A stretch of DNA of 32,000 nucleotides, taken from NCBI RefSeq assembly GCF_049243625.1, contig NZ_CP046975.1. The stretch is one strand, 5' to 3'. The translations under genes and the position numbers were made by a program. The notes beneath the pieces were generated by a model, which was not told the DNA's origin, did not search any database, and worked only from the letters and a program-made list of their open reading frames with translations. Positions 19,963 through 29,717 of this stretch are shown piece by piece. Position 1 is the stretch's first letter, and each line of letters starts with the position of its first letter. The DNA comes from Corynebacterium amycolatum (GTDB taxonomy: Bacteria > Actinomycetota > Actinomycetes > Mycobacteriales > Mycobacteriaceae).

Positions 19963-20187
19963 CGAAAGTGCTGATGAAGTCAATCCGTCTGATTCGGTAT
20001 AACTTCCGGGTGTAACCGGCAGTAGAGATGTCGCGGACCAATTTGGAACCGGAACGGCTAGTTTCGCGCCTAATTAAGTGTGAGCGAAGTTTCTGTTTTG
20101 GATGAAAATCGGGACACACATTCTCTGAGTACGGCTCCAGAACCCGATACCGTACGCGACAATGACAATGAGGAAGAACAACGAACT

Positions 20188-21291
20188 ATGGCTCGTAAGA
20201 AGGCTACGGCTTCGAACCAGGGCAATGATCGCCTGAAGGCGCTCGATGTAGCTCTGGCGAATATTGAGAAGGACTTTGGTAAAGGTGCAGTTATGCGCCT
20301 GGGGGATGACAATCGTCCTCCAATTCAGGTTATTCCCTCCGGCAATATCGCTATCGACGTGGCTTTGGGCCTGGGTGGGTTCCCACGTGGTCGTATCGTA
20401 GAGATCTATGGTCCAGAATCCTCAGGTAAGACCACAGTCGCACTGCATGCTATTGCAGAGGCACAGCGGCAGGGCGGTATTGCCGCATTTATTGATGCGG
20501 AGCATGCGCTGGATCCGGTTTATGCGCGCAAGCTTGGAGTAGATACGGACAACCTTCTGGTATCCCAACCAGATACCGGTGAGCAGGCACTTGAGATCAC
20601 AGATATGTTGGTGCGTTCCGGTGCTATTGACATCATTGTGGTTGACTCGGTGGCCGCGTTGACTCCGAAGGCTGAAATCGACGGTGAAATGGGCGATTCC
20701 CACGTTGGTCTGCAGGCGCGGTTGATGAGTCAGGCGCTGCGAAAGATGACGGGCGCCCTGTCTAACACCGGCACCACTGCCATCTTCATTAACCAGCTGC
20801 GTGAAAAGATTGGCGTCATGTTCGGCTCTCCTGAGACCACCACGGGTGGTAAAGCACTGAAGTTCTACGCTTCCGTTCGCTGCGACGTACGCCGAATTCA
20901 GACGTTGAAGGACGGCCAGGATGCCGTGGGTAACCGCACGCGCTTGAAGGTAGTCAAGAACAAGGTGTCGCCGCCGTTCAAGCAGGCAGAGTTTGACATC
21001 ATCTACGGCGAGGGCATTTCGCGTGAGGGCTCGTTGATTGACATGGGCGTTGATAACGGCATCGTCAAGAAGTCGGGTTCGTGGTTTACCTACGAGGGCG
21101 ATCAGTTGGGCCAGGGCAAGGAAAAGGCTCGTATGCACCTGCGCGAGAATCCAGAAATTGCCCAGGAAATCGAAGTCAAGATTAAGAAGAAACTCGGGGT
21201 CGGGGAATTCGCTGAGGTCGAGGACGAGACCGATATCGATGCCCCTGTCGATGTCGTGCCGGACATCGACTTCGATGATTTGGAAGACTAG
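20188..21291 (+). CDS. recA: Recombinase RecA
   Basis: Canonical RecA with Walker [10 protein letters not shown], the L1/L2 regions and an acidic C-terminal tail. I place the start at ATG 20188 ([20 protein letters not shown]...) with GAGGAAGA upstream. The ORF-track GTG 20080 adds 36 non-conserved residues. Confidence 0.95.
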   Translation: MARKKATASNQGNDRLKALDVALANIEKDFGKGAVMRLGDDNRPPIQVIPSGNIAIDVALGLGGFPRGRIVEIYGPESSGKTTVALHAIAEAQRQGGIAAFIDAEHALDPVYARKLGVDTDNLLVSQPDTGEQALEITDMLVRSGAIDIIVVDSVAALTPKAEIDGEMGDSHVGLQARLMSQALRKMTGALSNTGTTAIFINQLREKIGVMFGSPETTTGGKALKFYASVRCDVRRIQTLKDGQDAVGNRTRLKVVKNKVSPPFKQAEFDIIYGEGISREGSLIDMGVDNGIVKKSGSWFTYEGDQLGQGKEKARMHLRENPEIAQEIEVKIKKKLGVGEFAEVEDETDIDAPVDVVPDIDFDDLED

Positions 21292-21325
21292 CTGGCTCGA
21301 GGCGTAGTGCCGGGACACATGAAAA

Positions 21326-21943
21326 GTGAGGACCGTGGAGGATCGTAACGGCCGCGATGTGCGGGAGACTATCGAAAAGCTTGCTCAGCAGATTGCGGAA
21401 GCTGACGGTAGTTCGCTCTACGATGCGGGTCGTGAGGAATCCAAGGCTCCGATTCGTGCTAAGGCGCTGCGCTTGCTCGATCAGCGAATGCGCTCCCGCA
21501 AGGAACTCGTAGAAAGGCTCGAGGCAGTCGAGGAGTTTCCAACCTCGATGATTGAAGAAGTCGTTGATGACCTGACCCGAAGTGGTTTGGTTAATGACGA
21601 GCTTTTCGCATCCGAATGGGTGCGGCAGCGCTTTGCCAGTCGCGGCAAGTCGAAGATGGTTTTGAACCGGGAGCTGCAGGAAAAGGGTATTGATGCTTCG
21701 CTTCGTGCTGATGCGTTGGAGCAGATCACGCACAACGCGGAAGAAGAAGTCGCACGGAAGCTAGCGGCGAAGAAGGCGGCCACTATTAAATCAGTAGCGC
21801 CTGACTTCAACTCCAAGCAAAAGGATTTACGCAAAGTTGTCGGTGTGCTGGCGCGGCGCGGTTTCCCCTCTGAATTGTCCATGAGCATTGCTCGGGATCA
21901 GTTAGAAGAGCGATACCGGAAACTCGAAGAGGACACAGATTAG
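21326..21943 (+). CDS. recX: RecA regulator RecX
   Basis: It lies immediately downstream of recA. It shows the three-repeat helical RecX pattern (ALRLLDQRMRSRKELVERL..., WVRQRFASRGKS...LQEKGID). 205 aa. Confidence 0.85.
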   Translation: MRTVEDRNGRDVRETIEKLAQQIAEADGSSLYDAGREESKAPIRAKALRLLDQRMRSRKELVERLEAVEEFPTSMIEEVVDDLTRSGLVNDELFASEWVRQRFASRGKSKMVLNRELQEKGIDASLRADALEQITHNAEEEVARKLAAKKAATIKSVAPDFNSKQKDLRKVVGVLARRGFPSELSMSIARDQLEERYRKLEEDTD

Positions 21944-22049
21944 CGCCGGTACCATTTCACGCTGGATTAGCACGCCGGCTGCGGACCGGTCAGGTTTAAA
22001 GGAATCGCTGATTGGGGAAATGGGCCATAAACAGCTAACCTAAACTGCC

Positions 22050-23597
22050 GTGACTACCCCTTCTTTGAACCCTCAGCAGCAGTCTTCGCCTCGCACATAT
22101 GAGGTGCGTACGTTCGGTTGTCAGATGAACGTCCATGACTCGGAACGACTGTCTGGCTTGCTGGAAGAAAACGGTTATGTAGCGGCTGCAGAAGGCGAGA
22201 ATCCCGATCTGGTCGTTTTCAACACCTGTGCCGTTCGAGAGAATGCGGACAACCGACTCTATGGCACATTGGGACAGCTCAAACCGGTCAAGGATGCTCA
22301 CCCAGGCATGCAGATTGCCGTCGGTGGCTGCTTGGCCCAGAAGGATAAGGACGTCGTTGTAAAGAAAGCCCCATGGGTGGACGTCGTCTTCGGTACGCAT
22401 AACTTGGGTTCGTTGCCAGCATTGTTGGAACGCGCCGCTCATAATGACCGGGCTGAAGTCGAGATTAAGGACGCGCTGGAAGAATTTCCCTCGGTGCTGC
22501 CGGCCAAGCGTGAATCCACTTACGCAGGTTGGGTGAGTATCTCCGTAGGCTGCAACAACACGTGCACCTTCTGCATCGTCCCCAGTTTGCGGGGTAAGGA
22601 ACGCGATCGTCGGCCAGGCGAGATTCTCGCTGAGGTCCAGGCACTCGTGGAGCAGGGCGTTACTGACGTCACCCTCCTCGGCCAGAATGTCAACGCCTAT
22701 GGTGTTAACTTCGCCGACCCTGACATGGAACGCGACCGCTCGGCTTTTTCCAAGTTGCTGCGCGCCTGCGGCCAGATTGAGGGGCTGGAGCGGGTGCGCT
22801 TTACATCTCCGCACCCAGCTGAGTTCACCGATGATGTCATCGACGCCATGGCGGAGACACCGAACGTGGTTCATCAGTTGCACATGCCGCTACAGTCCGG
22901 TTCCGACCGAGTGCTGAAAGACATGCGCCGTTCCTACCGCACCAAGAAATTCCTGGGAATTCTGGAGAAGGTTAGGGAAAAAATGCCGGATGCGGCTATT
23001 ACCACTGACATCATTGTCGGTTTCCCTGGCGAGACTGAAGAGGACTTCCAGCAAACTCTCGACGTGGTGGAAAAGGCTCGCTTTAGCTCGGCTTTCACCT
23101 TCCAATACTCGCCCCGCCCGGGAACTCCGGCGGCGACCATGACTGAGCAGGTTCCACCAGAGGTAGTGAAGGAACGCTATGGTCGGCTGCTAGCGCTTCA
23201 GGAGCGTATTTCCGAGGAAGAAAACGCCAAGCTAGTCGGCCGGGAAGTCGAGCTGCTGGTCAGCCAGTCCGATGGCCGTAAGAATGCGGAGACTCATCGC
23301 ATGTCAGGTCGGAGTCGGGATGGTCGCCTGGTGCACTTCAGCCCGTCGGAAAGCGAACCTGGTGTCGTTGACCGAAAGATTCGCCCAGGTGACTACGTGA
23401 CAGTGTGCGTGACCGACTCTGCACCCCACTTCCTGATTGCCGACTCCGGCGTGCTGACGCACCGTCGCACTAAAGCGGGGGATAATGTGGAGGTCGGTCA
23501 GATTCCGACGACCGCTCCGATTGGAGTTGGTCTGGGCTTGCCAAAGATTGGGCGCCCGGAGAAAACGAAGGTAAGTGAGGGATGCGGTTGTGAGTAG
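22050..23597 (+). CDS. miaB: tRNA-2-methylthio-N6-dimethylallyladenosine synthase (radical SAM methylthiotransferase)
   Basis: N-terminal UPF0004 cysteine context [12 protein letters not shown], radical-SAM motif [12 protein letters not shown], and a C-terminal TRAM domain. GTG start. Confidence 0.93.
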   Translation: MTTPSLNPQQQSSPRTYEVRTFGCQMNVHDSERLSGLLEENGYVAAAEGENPDLVVFNTCAVRENADNRLYGTLGQLKPVKDAHPGMQIAVGGCLAQKDKDVVVKKAPWVDVVFGTHNLGSLPALLERAAHNDRAEVEIKDALEEFPSVLPAKRESTYAGWVSISVGCNNTCTFCIVPSLRGKERDRRPGEILAEVQALVEQGVTDVTLLGQNVNAYGVNFADPDMERDRSAFSKLLRACGQIEGLERVRFTSPHPAEFTDDVIDAMAETPNVVHQLHMPLQSGSDRVLKDMRRSYRTKKFLGILEKVREKMPDAAITTDIIVGFPGETEEDFQQTLDVVEKARFSSAFTFQYSPRPGTPAATMTEQVPPEVVKERYGRLLALQERISEEENAKLVGREVELLVSQSDGRKNAETHRMSGRSRDGRLVHFSPSESEPGVVDRKIRPGDYVTVCVTDSAPHFLIADSGVLTHRRTKAGDNVEVGQIPTTAPIGVGLGLPKIGRPEKTKVSEGCGCE

Positions 23598-24339
23598 TGA
23601 CAAGGCTTCGCCGGAAAGTGATATGGAATCCACTAGCGAGCAGTCCGTGGAATCCGCGCAGGCATTGCGGGTTCAGGAGCGCAAGGCCGCCGGCGAGCTG
23701 GATCTCGGCCGTGCGGTGATTCCGATGATGGTTGCCGTCATCGGCCTTATTACGAGCTTCTTCCTTCCACATTCGGGCGTCGTTTTGGGCTTTGATGTGC
23801 TGCTGGATACGGATGTTGCACATCAGTACTTCACGACGCGCCCGGAACGAATTTACTCCATTCTTGTGGTGGTAGGCGTACTGCTGGCTATTGCCACGCT
23901 GATTACGCGGACGACGATTCTCGCGTTTGTCACCTGGTTTTTTGCCTGCATTCAGATGGTCTACTCAGTCTTCGCTGGCTGGATGCGCCAGTCTCGTCCA
24001 CAGGAACTGGCCGGCGAGGGTATTTCCTTTGGCCTGATGCTCGGCATTTTCTGCAGTTTTCTACTGGCCATTTCCGTGACTTTCATCGCTTTCCGACGCA
24101 GTAAGGAGCAGCTCGCAATCGCGACGAAACGTCGCAAGCACGCTGACACCGATCCGGTACTGCGAGCGCAGCAGGTTTACCTGCGTGCGGGCCTGACACC
24201 GAATACAACTACTGATGTAGAGGTCGTCGACGACCGCCGTGAACGCGCACGCCGACGCAATCGTGGCCAGCAGGGCAGTAGCGCGGACAATGTCTCTCAA
24301 CGGGCTGGCGAACAGGACGAGCAGATCAGCGACGAGTAG
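23575..24339 (+). CDS. Conserved actinobacterial membrane protein of unknown function
   Basis: Four predicted TM segments followed by a basic/acidic C-terminal tail. The start probably lies at ATG 23623 rather than 23575, which overlaps the miaB end. No motif recognised. Confidence 0.55.
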   Translation: MRDAVVSSDKASPESDMESTSEQSVESAQALRVQERKAAGELDLGRAVIPMMVAVIGLITSFFLPHSGVVLGFDVLLDTDVAHQYFTTRPERIYSILVVVGVLLAIATLITRTTILAFVTWFFACIQMVYSVFAGWMRQSRPQELAGEGISFGLMLGIFCSFLLAISVTFIAFRRSKEQLAIATKRRKHADTDPVLRAQQVYLRAGLTPNTTTDVEVVDDRRERARRRNRGQQGSSADNVSQRAGEQDEQISDE

Positions 24340-24362
24340 TGAGATTCTTTAACTAGCGCAGT

Positions 24363-24463
24363 AAGAAAGGGGCTCTCTTCCACTGCACTGCTCCCCACTA
24401 GTCGGTAACTGATTTCTCAGTCCAACTTTCGGGGGCTAGTTCACGGAAGAGAGCCCCTTTCTT
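24363..24463. terminator. Bidirectional-terminator-like perfect 19-bp inverted repeat with an unusually large 63-nt spacer
   Basis: AAGAAAGGGGCTCTCTTCC (24363-24381) is the exact reverse complement of GGAAGAGAGCCCCTTTCTT (24445-24463). The GC-rich inner 13 bp are flanked by A-tract/T-tract on both strands. It lies between convergent genes. Confidence 0.5.
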
Positions 24464-24508
24464 TTAATCATCCACGCGTTGCCAGAGCATAGCTGAGCCA
24501 AGCTTCTG

Positions 24509-25873
24509 TTAGAGCTCCTTGAGAGTCGCCGCGGCCTGCTCTGCCCACTGTCGCCACTGTTCGGCCTGCTCCCGAGCCTTGGCGGCCTGAGAAGCCTTGC
24601 CCTTCGCCTCGAGTTCGGCGGCCTTCTGCTCAAACTCCGCTGCGCGGTCGGCGAACTGCTGGACGCGAGCCTGTGCTTCGGGGTCGGTGCGGCGCCACTG
24701 CGAATCAGCCGCATCGGAGACGCGCTTTTCCAGTGCACCAATGCGGTTTTCATACTCACGCACACGACCACGCGGCACAAAGCCGATGGCCTCCCATTTC
24801 TCTTGCAACTGACGCAGTTCGTTGCGAGCGTGATCGAGGCCCTTGGACGGATCAATGCGGTCTTCATATTCAGCCAGCAGTGCGTCCTTGGCCGCAGCGT
24901 TTTCCTCGAACTCCTTGTCTCGAGCTTCGTTGACCGCGTTGCGAGCACCAAAGAACTCATCCTGAGCGGCCTTGAAATGCGCCCACAGCTTGTCATCGAC
25001 CTCGCGTGGCGCTCGACCAGCGGCCTTCCACTCAGCCATCAGGTCGCGGAAGGCAGCAGCGGTGCCACCCCAATCAGTGGAGGTCTTCAGGGCCTCAGCT
25101 CGCTCAATGATGTCCTCCTTAACGCGGCGAGCAGCCGCACGGTTGCGGTCCAGTTCCGCAAAATGGGCACCGCGGCGGCGGTTGAAAGAATCACGCGCGC
25201 GGGAGTAACGGCGCCAGAGTTGATCATCAGTTTTGCGGTCGATGCCGCGAATCTGCTTCCACTCCGTGAGAATCTCGCGGATACGGTCGCCGGCGACTTT
25301 CCACTCGGTGGAGTTCTCTGCGAGCTCCTCGGCCTCTGCGGCGAGCTCTTCCTTACGTGCGATGGCGTTCTTACGGCGCTCTGCCTTGTCGTGAGCGACT
25401 TTTTCCTCTGCGACGTGGGAGGTGGCAATGACCTCTGCAAGGCGCTTATCCAGCGCATCGATATCGCCGAGGACTGCGGCGGTGGAAAGGCTCTCACGCA
25501 GTTCAACTGCGTTGTGGGAAATGGTCTTTGCCTCCTGCGGGTGGGAGACTACACGAGATTCCAGTAACTCGACCTCGGTGGCCAGATCCTCGTAGCGCTT
25601 GCCGTAGTGGGCATAACCCTCTTCTACGGTGCCGGCCTGCCAGGAACCAATATTGCGCTTTCCGGCGTTGGTGACCAACCAAACAGTGCCGTCTTCGTCA
25701 ATGAGGCCAAACTTCTTTGGATCATTGTGGACGGCATGTGTCACAGCGGCCGACCCCGCAAGCGCTTGAGTGGTTCCAGGGGCCTTACGATGAGCCGGCA
25801 TTGCGCCTGGTCGAGGTCCGGGACGTGGACCCGGGCGTGGACCTGGCTTAGGGGAATTGCTGGTACCGGTCAT
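24509..25873 (-). CDS. DUF349 repeat-containing protein with an N-terminal Pro/Gly-rich segment
   Basis: Repeated helical units carry conserved Trp/Phe spacing (EWKQIRGIDRKTDDQLWRRYSRARDSFNRRR; EWKAAGRAPREVDDKLWAHFKAAQDEFFGAR; KWEAIGFVPRGRVREYENRI), typical of DUF349. I place the start at ATG 25873 (MTGTSNSPKPGPRPGPRPGPRPG) with GGAAGAGG upstream. Confidence 0.7.
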   Translation of the reverse strand: MTGTSNSPKPGPRPGPRPGPRPGAMPAHRKAPGTTQALAGSAAVTHAVHNDPKKFGLIDEDGTVWLVTNAGKRNIGSWQAGTVEEGYAHYGKRYEDLATEVELLESRVVSHPQEAKTISHNAVELRESLSTAAVLGDIDALDKRLAEVIATSHVAEEKVAHDKAERRKNAIARKEELAAEAEELAENSTEWKVAGDRIREILTEWKQIRGIDRKTDDQLWRRYSRARDSFNRRRGAHFAELDRNRAAARRVKEDIIERAEALKTSTDWGGTAAAFRDLMAEWKAAGRAPREVDDKLWAHFKAAQDEFFGARNAVNEARDKEFEENAAAKDALLAEYEDRIDPSKGLDHARNELRQLQEKWEAIGFVPRGRVREYENRIGALEKRVSDAADSQWRRTDPEAQARVQQFADRAAEFEQKAAELEAKGKASQAAKAREQAEQWRQWAEQAAATLKEL

Positions 25874-26034
25874 AGTGGGTAAACCTCTTCCAATCTTCAT
25901 GCAGAACTGCCGCGCGACACGGCTGCCATCAAACACTTACGGTATGTGCTCGAGTATCCCAAAAATTTTGGCACAGCGCGCGTAACACCGCCGGAATAAG
26001 GCATCGACTAGCCCCTCACGGTAGCGTTGAGGAC

Positions 26035-26739
26035 GTGAATTCGCGTTTGCCTCGGCTTGTTATCGTTCCGCGTGCGCTCCTCATCGTCGAGGAGCTGGGT
26101 GGTTTTGCAGCTATCGCCACGAAATTGCGCCGTCAAACCCGTGAAACTGTTGCGACGCTGTGGACAGATGACGAACCCGGGGAGCCCGGCGCGGTCGCCA
26201 TTATCACTGGCAGAATGCAGGCGAAGTCCCCGCATCAGAACAGCACACCCGGCAGTTTCTCCCCGTATGGGGTTGATGTCACGGTGTCCGGCGGAACCGA
26301 ATTACCTGAGCTGCTGGGGCGCTGGCTTATCGAAGACTACGCGCGACGGAATTCTGAAGGACACACTGGCCGCGTCATTCAGGCAACGTGCTTCGAGTCT
26401 ATCGACGAGGCACTCGCTGCCGGTCACACGCGTCTGCTTGTGCTTGTCGACGGCGCATTCGGCCTTGCAGACGATTCCCCGGTCGGCGTAATTGAGGGTG
26501 CAGCGGAGGTTGATGCGCTGTGCAGTCTGATTGCTGGGCAGGACTGCTCCACCGTTAACGTGGAAAATATTGTGTTTCCAGCTCCCGGCGCGTACGCAGC
26601 CGAGTTATGGCAGCAGCTGAGTAAAGCTGCTGAAAGCTGGATGGGGTCTGGAATGACCGTCGTAAAGCGTTCTTACTATGACGGAGCGCCTTATGGCATC
26701 GGTTACCACGTGGCCAGCTGGCAGTGTGTTGCGGAGTAA
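26035..26739 (+). CDS. Hypothetical protein (234 aa), no recognisable motif
   Basis: A long ORF that fills the gap between the DUF349 gene and miaA. The codon pattern is consistent with its neighbours. The GTG start is uncertain. Confidence 0.5.
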   Translation: MNSRLPRLVIVPRALLIVEELGGFAAIATKLRRQTRETVATLWTDDEPGEPGAVAIITGRMQAKSPHQNSTPGSFSPYGVDVTVSGGTELPELLGRWLIEDYARRNSEGHTGRVIQATCFESIDEALAAGHTRLLVLVDGAFGLADDSPVGVIEGAAEVDALCSLIAGQDCSTVNVENIVFPAPGAYAAELWQQLSKAAESWMGSGMTVVKRSYYDGAPYGIGYHVASWQCVAE

Positions 26740-26758
26740 GAGCTCGCGTTTTTAGTTT

Positions 26759-27709
26759 TTGTGCAGGAGTGTGAACTGGGTCGTGACGGCTTTCGAGAGT
26801 GAGAGCTTGCCGGTGCCGATTGCTGTGGTGGGGCCAACGGCATCGGGAAAGTCGGATTTGGGGCTGGTACTTGCGGAGCAGCTTGGCGGTGAGGTCGTCA
26901 ATGTTGATTCGATGCAGCTGTATCGAGGAATGGATATCGGAACAGCAAAGCTGTCGGTAGATCAGCGGCGGGGGATTCCGCACCACCAACTCGATGTTCT
27001 GAACGTGACGCAGCCGGCGAGTGTGGCGACGTATCAGTGTGAGGCGGTCGCGGATGTTGAGGCCATTCGCGCGCGGGGGAAAGTCCCGATCCTTGTCGGC
27101 GGGTCGATGATGTATGTGCAGGCGTTGGTGGACGACTGGCAGTTCCCGCCTACGGACCCTGAGGTACGTGCGAAATGGGAGGCAGTGCAGGACGAGATCG
27201 GTCCGGCGGCGTTACATGATCGGCTGGCAGAGATTGATCCGGATGCGGCGGCGATTATTGAGACCAACGACCCGCGACGCACCGTCCGAGCTTTAGAGGT
27301 TATCGAGCTGACAGGCAAGCCGTTTGCAGCGTCGAAACCGTCAATTGATAATCCGCCGCGGTGGAACACCCGCATATTGGGATTGCGCACGCAGGCGGAA
27401 TGGCTAAATCCGCGGATTGAACAGCGCACGCGGGGCATGTTTGCCGCTGGTCTGGTGGAGGAAACTGAGAGTTTGATGGCGCAAGGGTTGCGCGAAGGTG
27501 TGACCGCTAGTCGCGCGATCGGCTATGCACAGGTGCTGGACTACTTCGATGGGGTTTACGACCTGGATACGGCTTGTGAACGCACGATTACTGGTACGCG
27601 CAGGTATGTGCGGCGTCAGCGCTCTTGGTTCAACCGTGATCATCGAATCACGTGGCTAGACGCTGCCGGCGACGTGCCGGGACAGGCTTTTTCTGCGCTT
27701 GGGCTTTAG
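26759..27709 (+). CDS. miaA: tRNA dimethylallyltransferase
   Basis: P-loop [10 protein letters not shown] followed by [17 protein letters not shown], which is diagnostic for MiaA. The start is uncertain (TTG 26759, GTG 26771 or GTG 26783). Confidence 0.9.
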   Translation: MCRSVNWVVTAFESESLPVPIAVVGPTASGKSDLGLVLAEQLGGEVVNVDSMQLYRGMDIGTAKLSVDQRRGIPHHQLDVLNVTQPASVATYQCEAVADVEAIRARGKVPILVGGSMMYVQALVDDWQFPPTDPEVRAKWEAVQDEIGPAALHDRLAEIDPDAAAIIETNDPRRTVRALEVIELTGKPFAASKPSIDNPPRWNTRILGLRTQAEWLNPRIEQRTRGMFAAGLVEETESLMAQGLREGVTASRAIGYAQVLDYFDGVYDLDTACERTITGTRRYVRRQRSWFNRDHRITWLDAAGDVPGQAFSALGL

Positions 27710-27740
27710 CCGGTTCGGCTGTCCCGCTAGCATCGAGGGC

Positions 27741-28664
27741 ATGGTTTCATTTGCCAAAGGTCACGGTACGCAAAACGATTTTTTGATTTTTCCAGATGAT
27801 TTGGTGTCGATCGAATTGACCGAATCATTGGTCGCAGCAGTGTGCGATCGACAACGTGGTCTTGGCGCTGACGGCGTCCTGCGGGTTGCCCGTGCGGGGA
27901 AACTCGTGGATGCCGGTGTTTTGACGGCATTGCCGGAGGGGGTTGAAGCCGACGATTGGTTTATGGACTACCGCAATAGTGACGGTTCTATTGCTGAGAT
28001 GTGCGGTAATGGCGTGCGTGTCTTTGCACACTATATTGCCGCGATTCACAGCCCGGACAGTGTCGTCGACGGAACATTGCGGGTGGGCACTCGAGCAGGA
28101 CTGCGCGCTGTCTCGATTGATGAGCTCAGCGGTCGGCATGCGGTTGTCGGGGTGGACATGGGGCAGCCGGAGGTCCTCGGCCTCGCTACTGCGTTCATCG
28201 GTTCGGGCAACAACGCGCAGAAATTCGCCGGGATTGGTGTCGACGTGGGAAATCCGCATTTGGCCTGTGTCATTCCTGGTCTGAATGCCGCCGCTCTGGC
28301 GGAGCTAGAATTGGAAGCGGCGGGTAGTGCTGCGAAGCCAGTGCGTGCCGACGAAGCCATGTTCCCGAACGGCCTCAACGTGGAAATTGTCACCCCGCTG
28401 GATGCCTCTGATTCGGTGTCCATGCGAGTAATTGAACGCGGAGTTGGTGAAACCCGCTCGTGTGGCACCGGCACGGTTGCGGCAGCTATTGCCGCGCTGG
28501 CCGATGCCGGCCGGACCGAGGGAGCTGTGACAGTCAAGGTGCCCGGTGGAGCGGTGACTGTGGATGTACGCAAGGCCAGCAATACTGATGGGGCCTTCTC
28601 AGCAACGTTAACTGGACCGAGCGTGATTCACACTCTCGGCGATATTGAACTGGAAGCCCTGTGA
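27741..28664 (+). CDS. dapF: Diaminopimelate epimerase
   Basis: The N-terminal GTQNDFLIF and the two catalytic-cysteine contexts MCGNGVR and RSCGTGT. I place the start at ATG 27741 after GAGGG; the ORF-track start 27699 overlaps the miaA end. Confidence 0.9.
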   Translation: MVSFAKGHGTQNDFLIFPDDLVSIELTESLVAAVCDRQRGLGADGVLRVARAGKLVDAGVLTALPEGVEADDWFMDYRNSDGSIAEMCGNGVRVFAHYIAAIHSPDSVVDGTLRVGTRAGLRAVSIDELSGRHAVVGVDMGQPEVLGLATAFIGSGNNAQKFAGIGVDVGNPHLACVIPGLNAAALAELELEAAGSAAKPVRADEAMFPNGLNVEIVTPLDASDSVSMRVIERGVGETRSCGTGTVAAAIAALADAGRTEGAVTVKVPGGAVTVDVRKASNTDGAFSATLTGPSVIHTLGDIELEAL

Positions 28665-28724
28665 CTGGTAGCTAGTGCAGCAGGAGAACTAGCAGGGTAG
28701 CGGAAGCAGTGGGGAGTTAGCGGA

Positions 28725-29504
28725 CTAGTGTCCGCCGCAGCCACTATCGCCACAGCCGCAGCCACCATCGCCACAACCGCCGCCACAGCCCTGCGGCGGG
28801 ATAATTTCACCCGTCAGCAAGAAGGTGCCGGAGACGACCATGCCCGGCTGGGGAGCTTCGTCGCCGCCGGGGACAAGTACGTCCATGGGAGTCGGCAGAG
28901 CAAGGTTGAGCACCCAGAACTTCTTTCCGGTTAGCTCATTGACATGCTTGCGGGAGTTATTGATAACACCAGCCAGTTTCACGGTTGCGCTAGGCGATGC
29001 CTTGCCGACCTGATCTCCGACAATCGCCTTAGCACCTTCGAAGTCCAATGATGTCGGGGTCGCCCCAGTGCGCTTTTCGTACTCCTCAGCGGATGCGTCG
29101 AGGGTGAAATCGGTTGCCAGAGCTGACAGCGCGACATGCTCAAAAGTCTGAGTTCCGGCATCAACAATCATTGGCCCCTGTGACAGCAGGCAGCTGGCTA
29201 CCTCGATGACCTTGTCAAAGTCATCAGAGGAGGGATCATCCTCGACGATTTCCACGAGTGCCAAGACGTCGTCCACGCTGGATACATGGGCGGTGACGGT
29301 CGGGCTGCCCGCGAAGCCAGCGTAGGTAGAATATGGTTCAACACCAAGGATGTGCAAACGCGCACCAGAGGAATCTTCGAAACGGACCAGCTGGCCACCG
29401 CGGACCTCGCCGATGACCGACAGATTTTCACTGGCAATCGCGGCTTCCATCGCGTCTCGCCAGCTGGGGTAGTCCATGCCAATGCTTCGCAAGTCAGTAG
29501 TCAT
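28725..29504 (-). CDS. Acidic hypothetical protein (about 259 aa) with a Cys/Gly-rich C-terminal tail QGCGGGCGDGGCGCGDSGCGGH
   Basis: A long ORF convergent with dapF and divergent from feoA. The likely start is ATG 29504 (MTTDLRSIGMDYPSW...); the ORF-track start is 29555. The body has one Cys, and the last 21 residues hold six Cys plus a terminal His. No family motif recognised. Confidence 0.6.
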   Translation of the reverse strand: MTTDLRSIGMDYPSWRDAMEAAIASENLSVIGEVRGGQLVRFEDSSGARLHILGVEPYSTYAGFAGSPTVTAHVSSVDDVLALVEIVEDDPSSDDFDKVIEVASCLLSQGPMIVDAGTQTFEHVALSALATDFTLDASAEEYEKRTGATPTSLDFEGAKAIVGDQVGKASPSATVKLAGVINNSRKHVNELTGKKFWVLNLALPTPMDVLVPGGDEAPQPGMVVSGTFLLTGEIIPPQGCGGGCGDGGCGCGDSGCGGH

Positions 29505-29698
29505 ACTTTTCGATGATACTTCCCATATCTTCATCTGCGAACTAACGAATCGCACGTGAGCACATTGTGCTCTGGGGTACCTAAAACCATTCCTTCACAC
29601 CGCGGCAACTATTCGGATGGGACTAACAATTCTGCCACGCTAAATAAGCAAATGTTAAGTGTGGCATAAATAACTTTCCTTAGGTGCGCCCGGTTTAT

Positions 29699-29717
29699 TC
29701 CATTTAGGCATACCTAA
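29699..29717. promoter_or_regulatory. Candidate metalloregulator operator: 14-bp palindrome TTAGGCATACCTAA within a DtxR/IdeR-like 19-mer
   Basis: TTAGG-CATA-CCTAA at 29704-29717. The 19-mer TCCATTTAGGCATACCTAA matches about 12 of 19 positions of the DtxR consensus TTAGGTTAGCCTAACCTAA as I recall it. A further CTTAGGT at 29679-29685 is inverted relative to ACCTAAG at 29712-29718. It lies about 70-85 nt upstream of feoA. Confidence 0.3.

Noticed and set aside
19950-19966. TTTCGCATATTATCGAA resembles one arm of a dif/Xer recombination site (GCATAAT-type core).
   Set aside because: Only a partial one-arm resemblance exists and there is no second Xer-binding arm. The sequence is better explained as the -10 region and right half of the SOS box of the recA promoter.
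20080-20187. A 36-codon N-terminal extension of recA from GTG 20080.
   Set aside because: The extension is acidic, non-conserved-looking sequence. The canonical RecA N-terminus begins at ATG 20188, which has a better RBS.
28728-28793. A GC-rich low-complexity stretch (gccacagccgcagccaccatcgcc...), considered as a tandem repeat, a CRISPR-like feature or a RiPP core peptide.
   Set aside because: It has no spacer-repeat periodicity and is simply the antisense of the Cys/Gly codons of the C-terminal tail. A RiPP-precursor reading is unlikely because the protein is about 259 aa and no maturase (radical SAM, cyclodehydratase or LanM-type), peptidase or exporter lies adjacent. The overlapping ORFs 28628-28810 (-) and 28728-28934 (+) are shadow frames.
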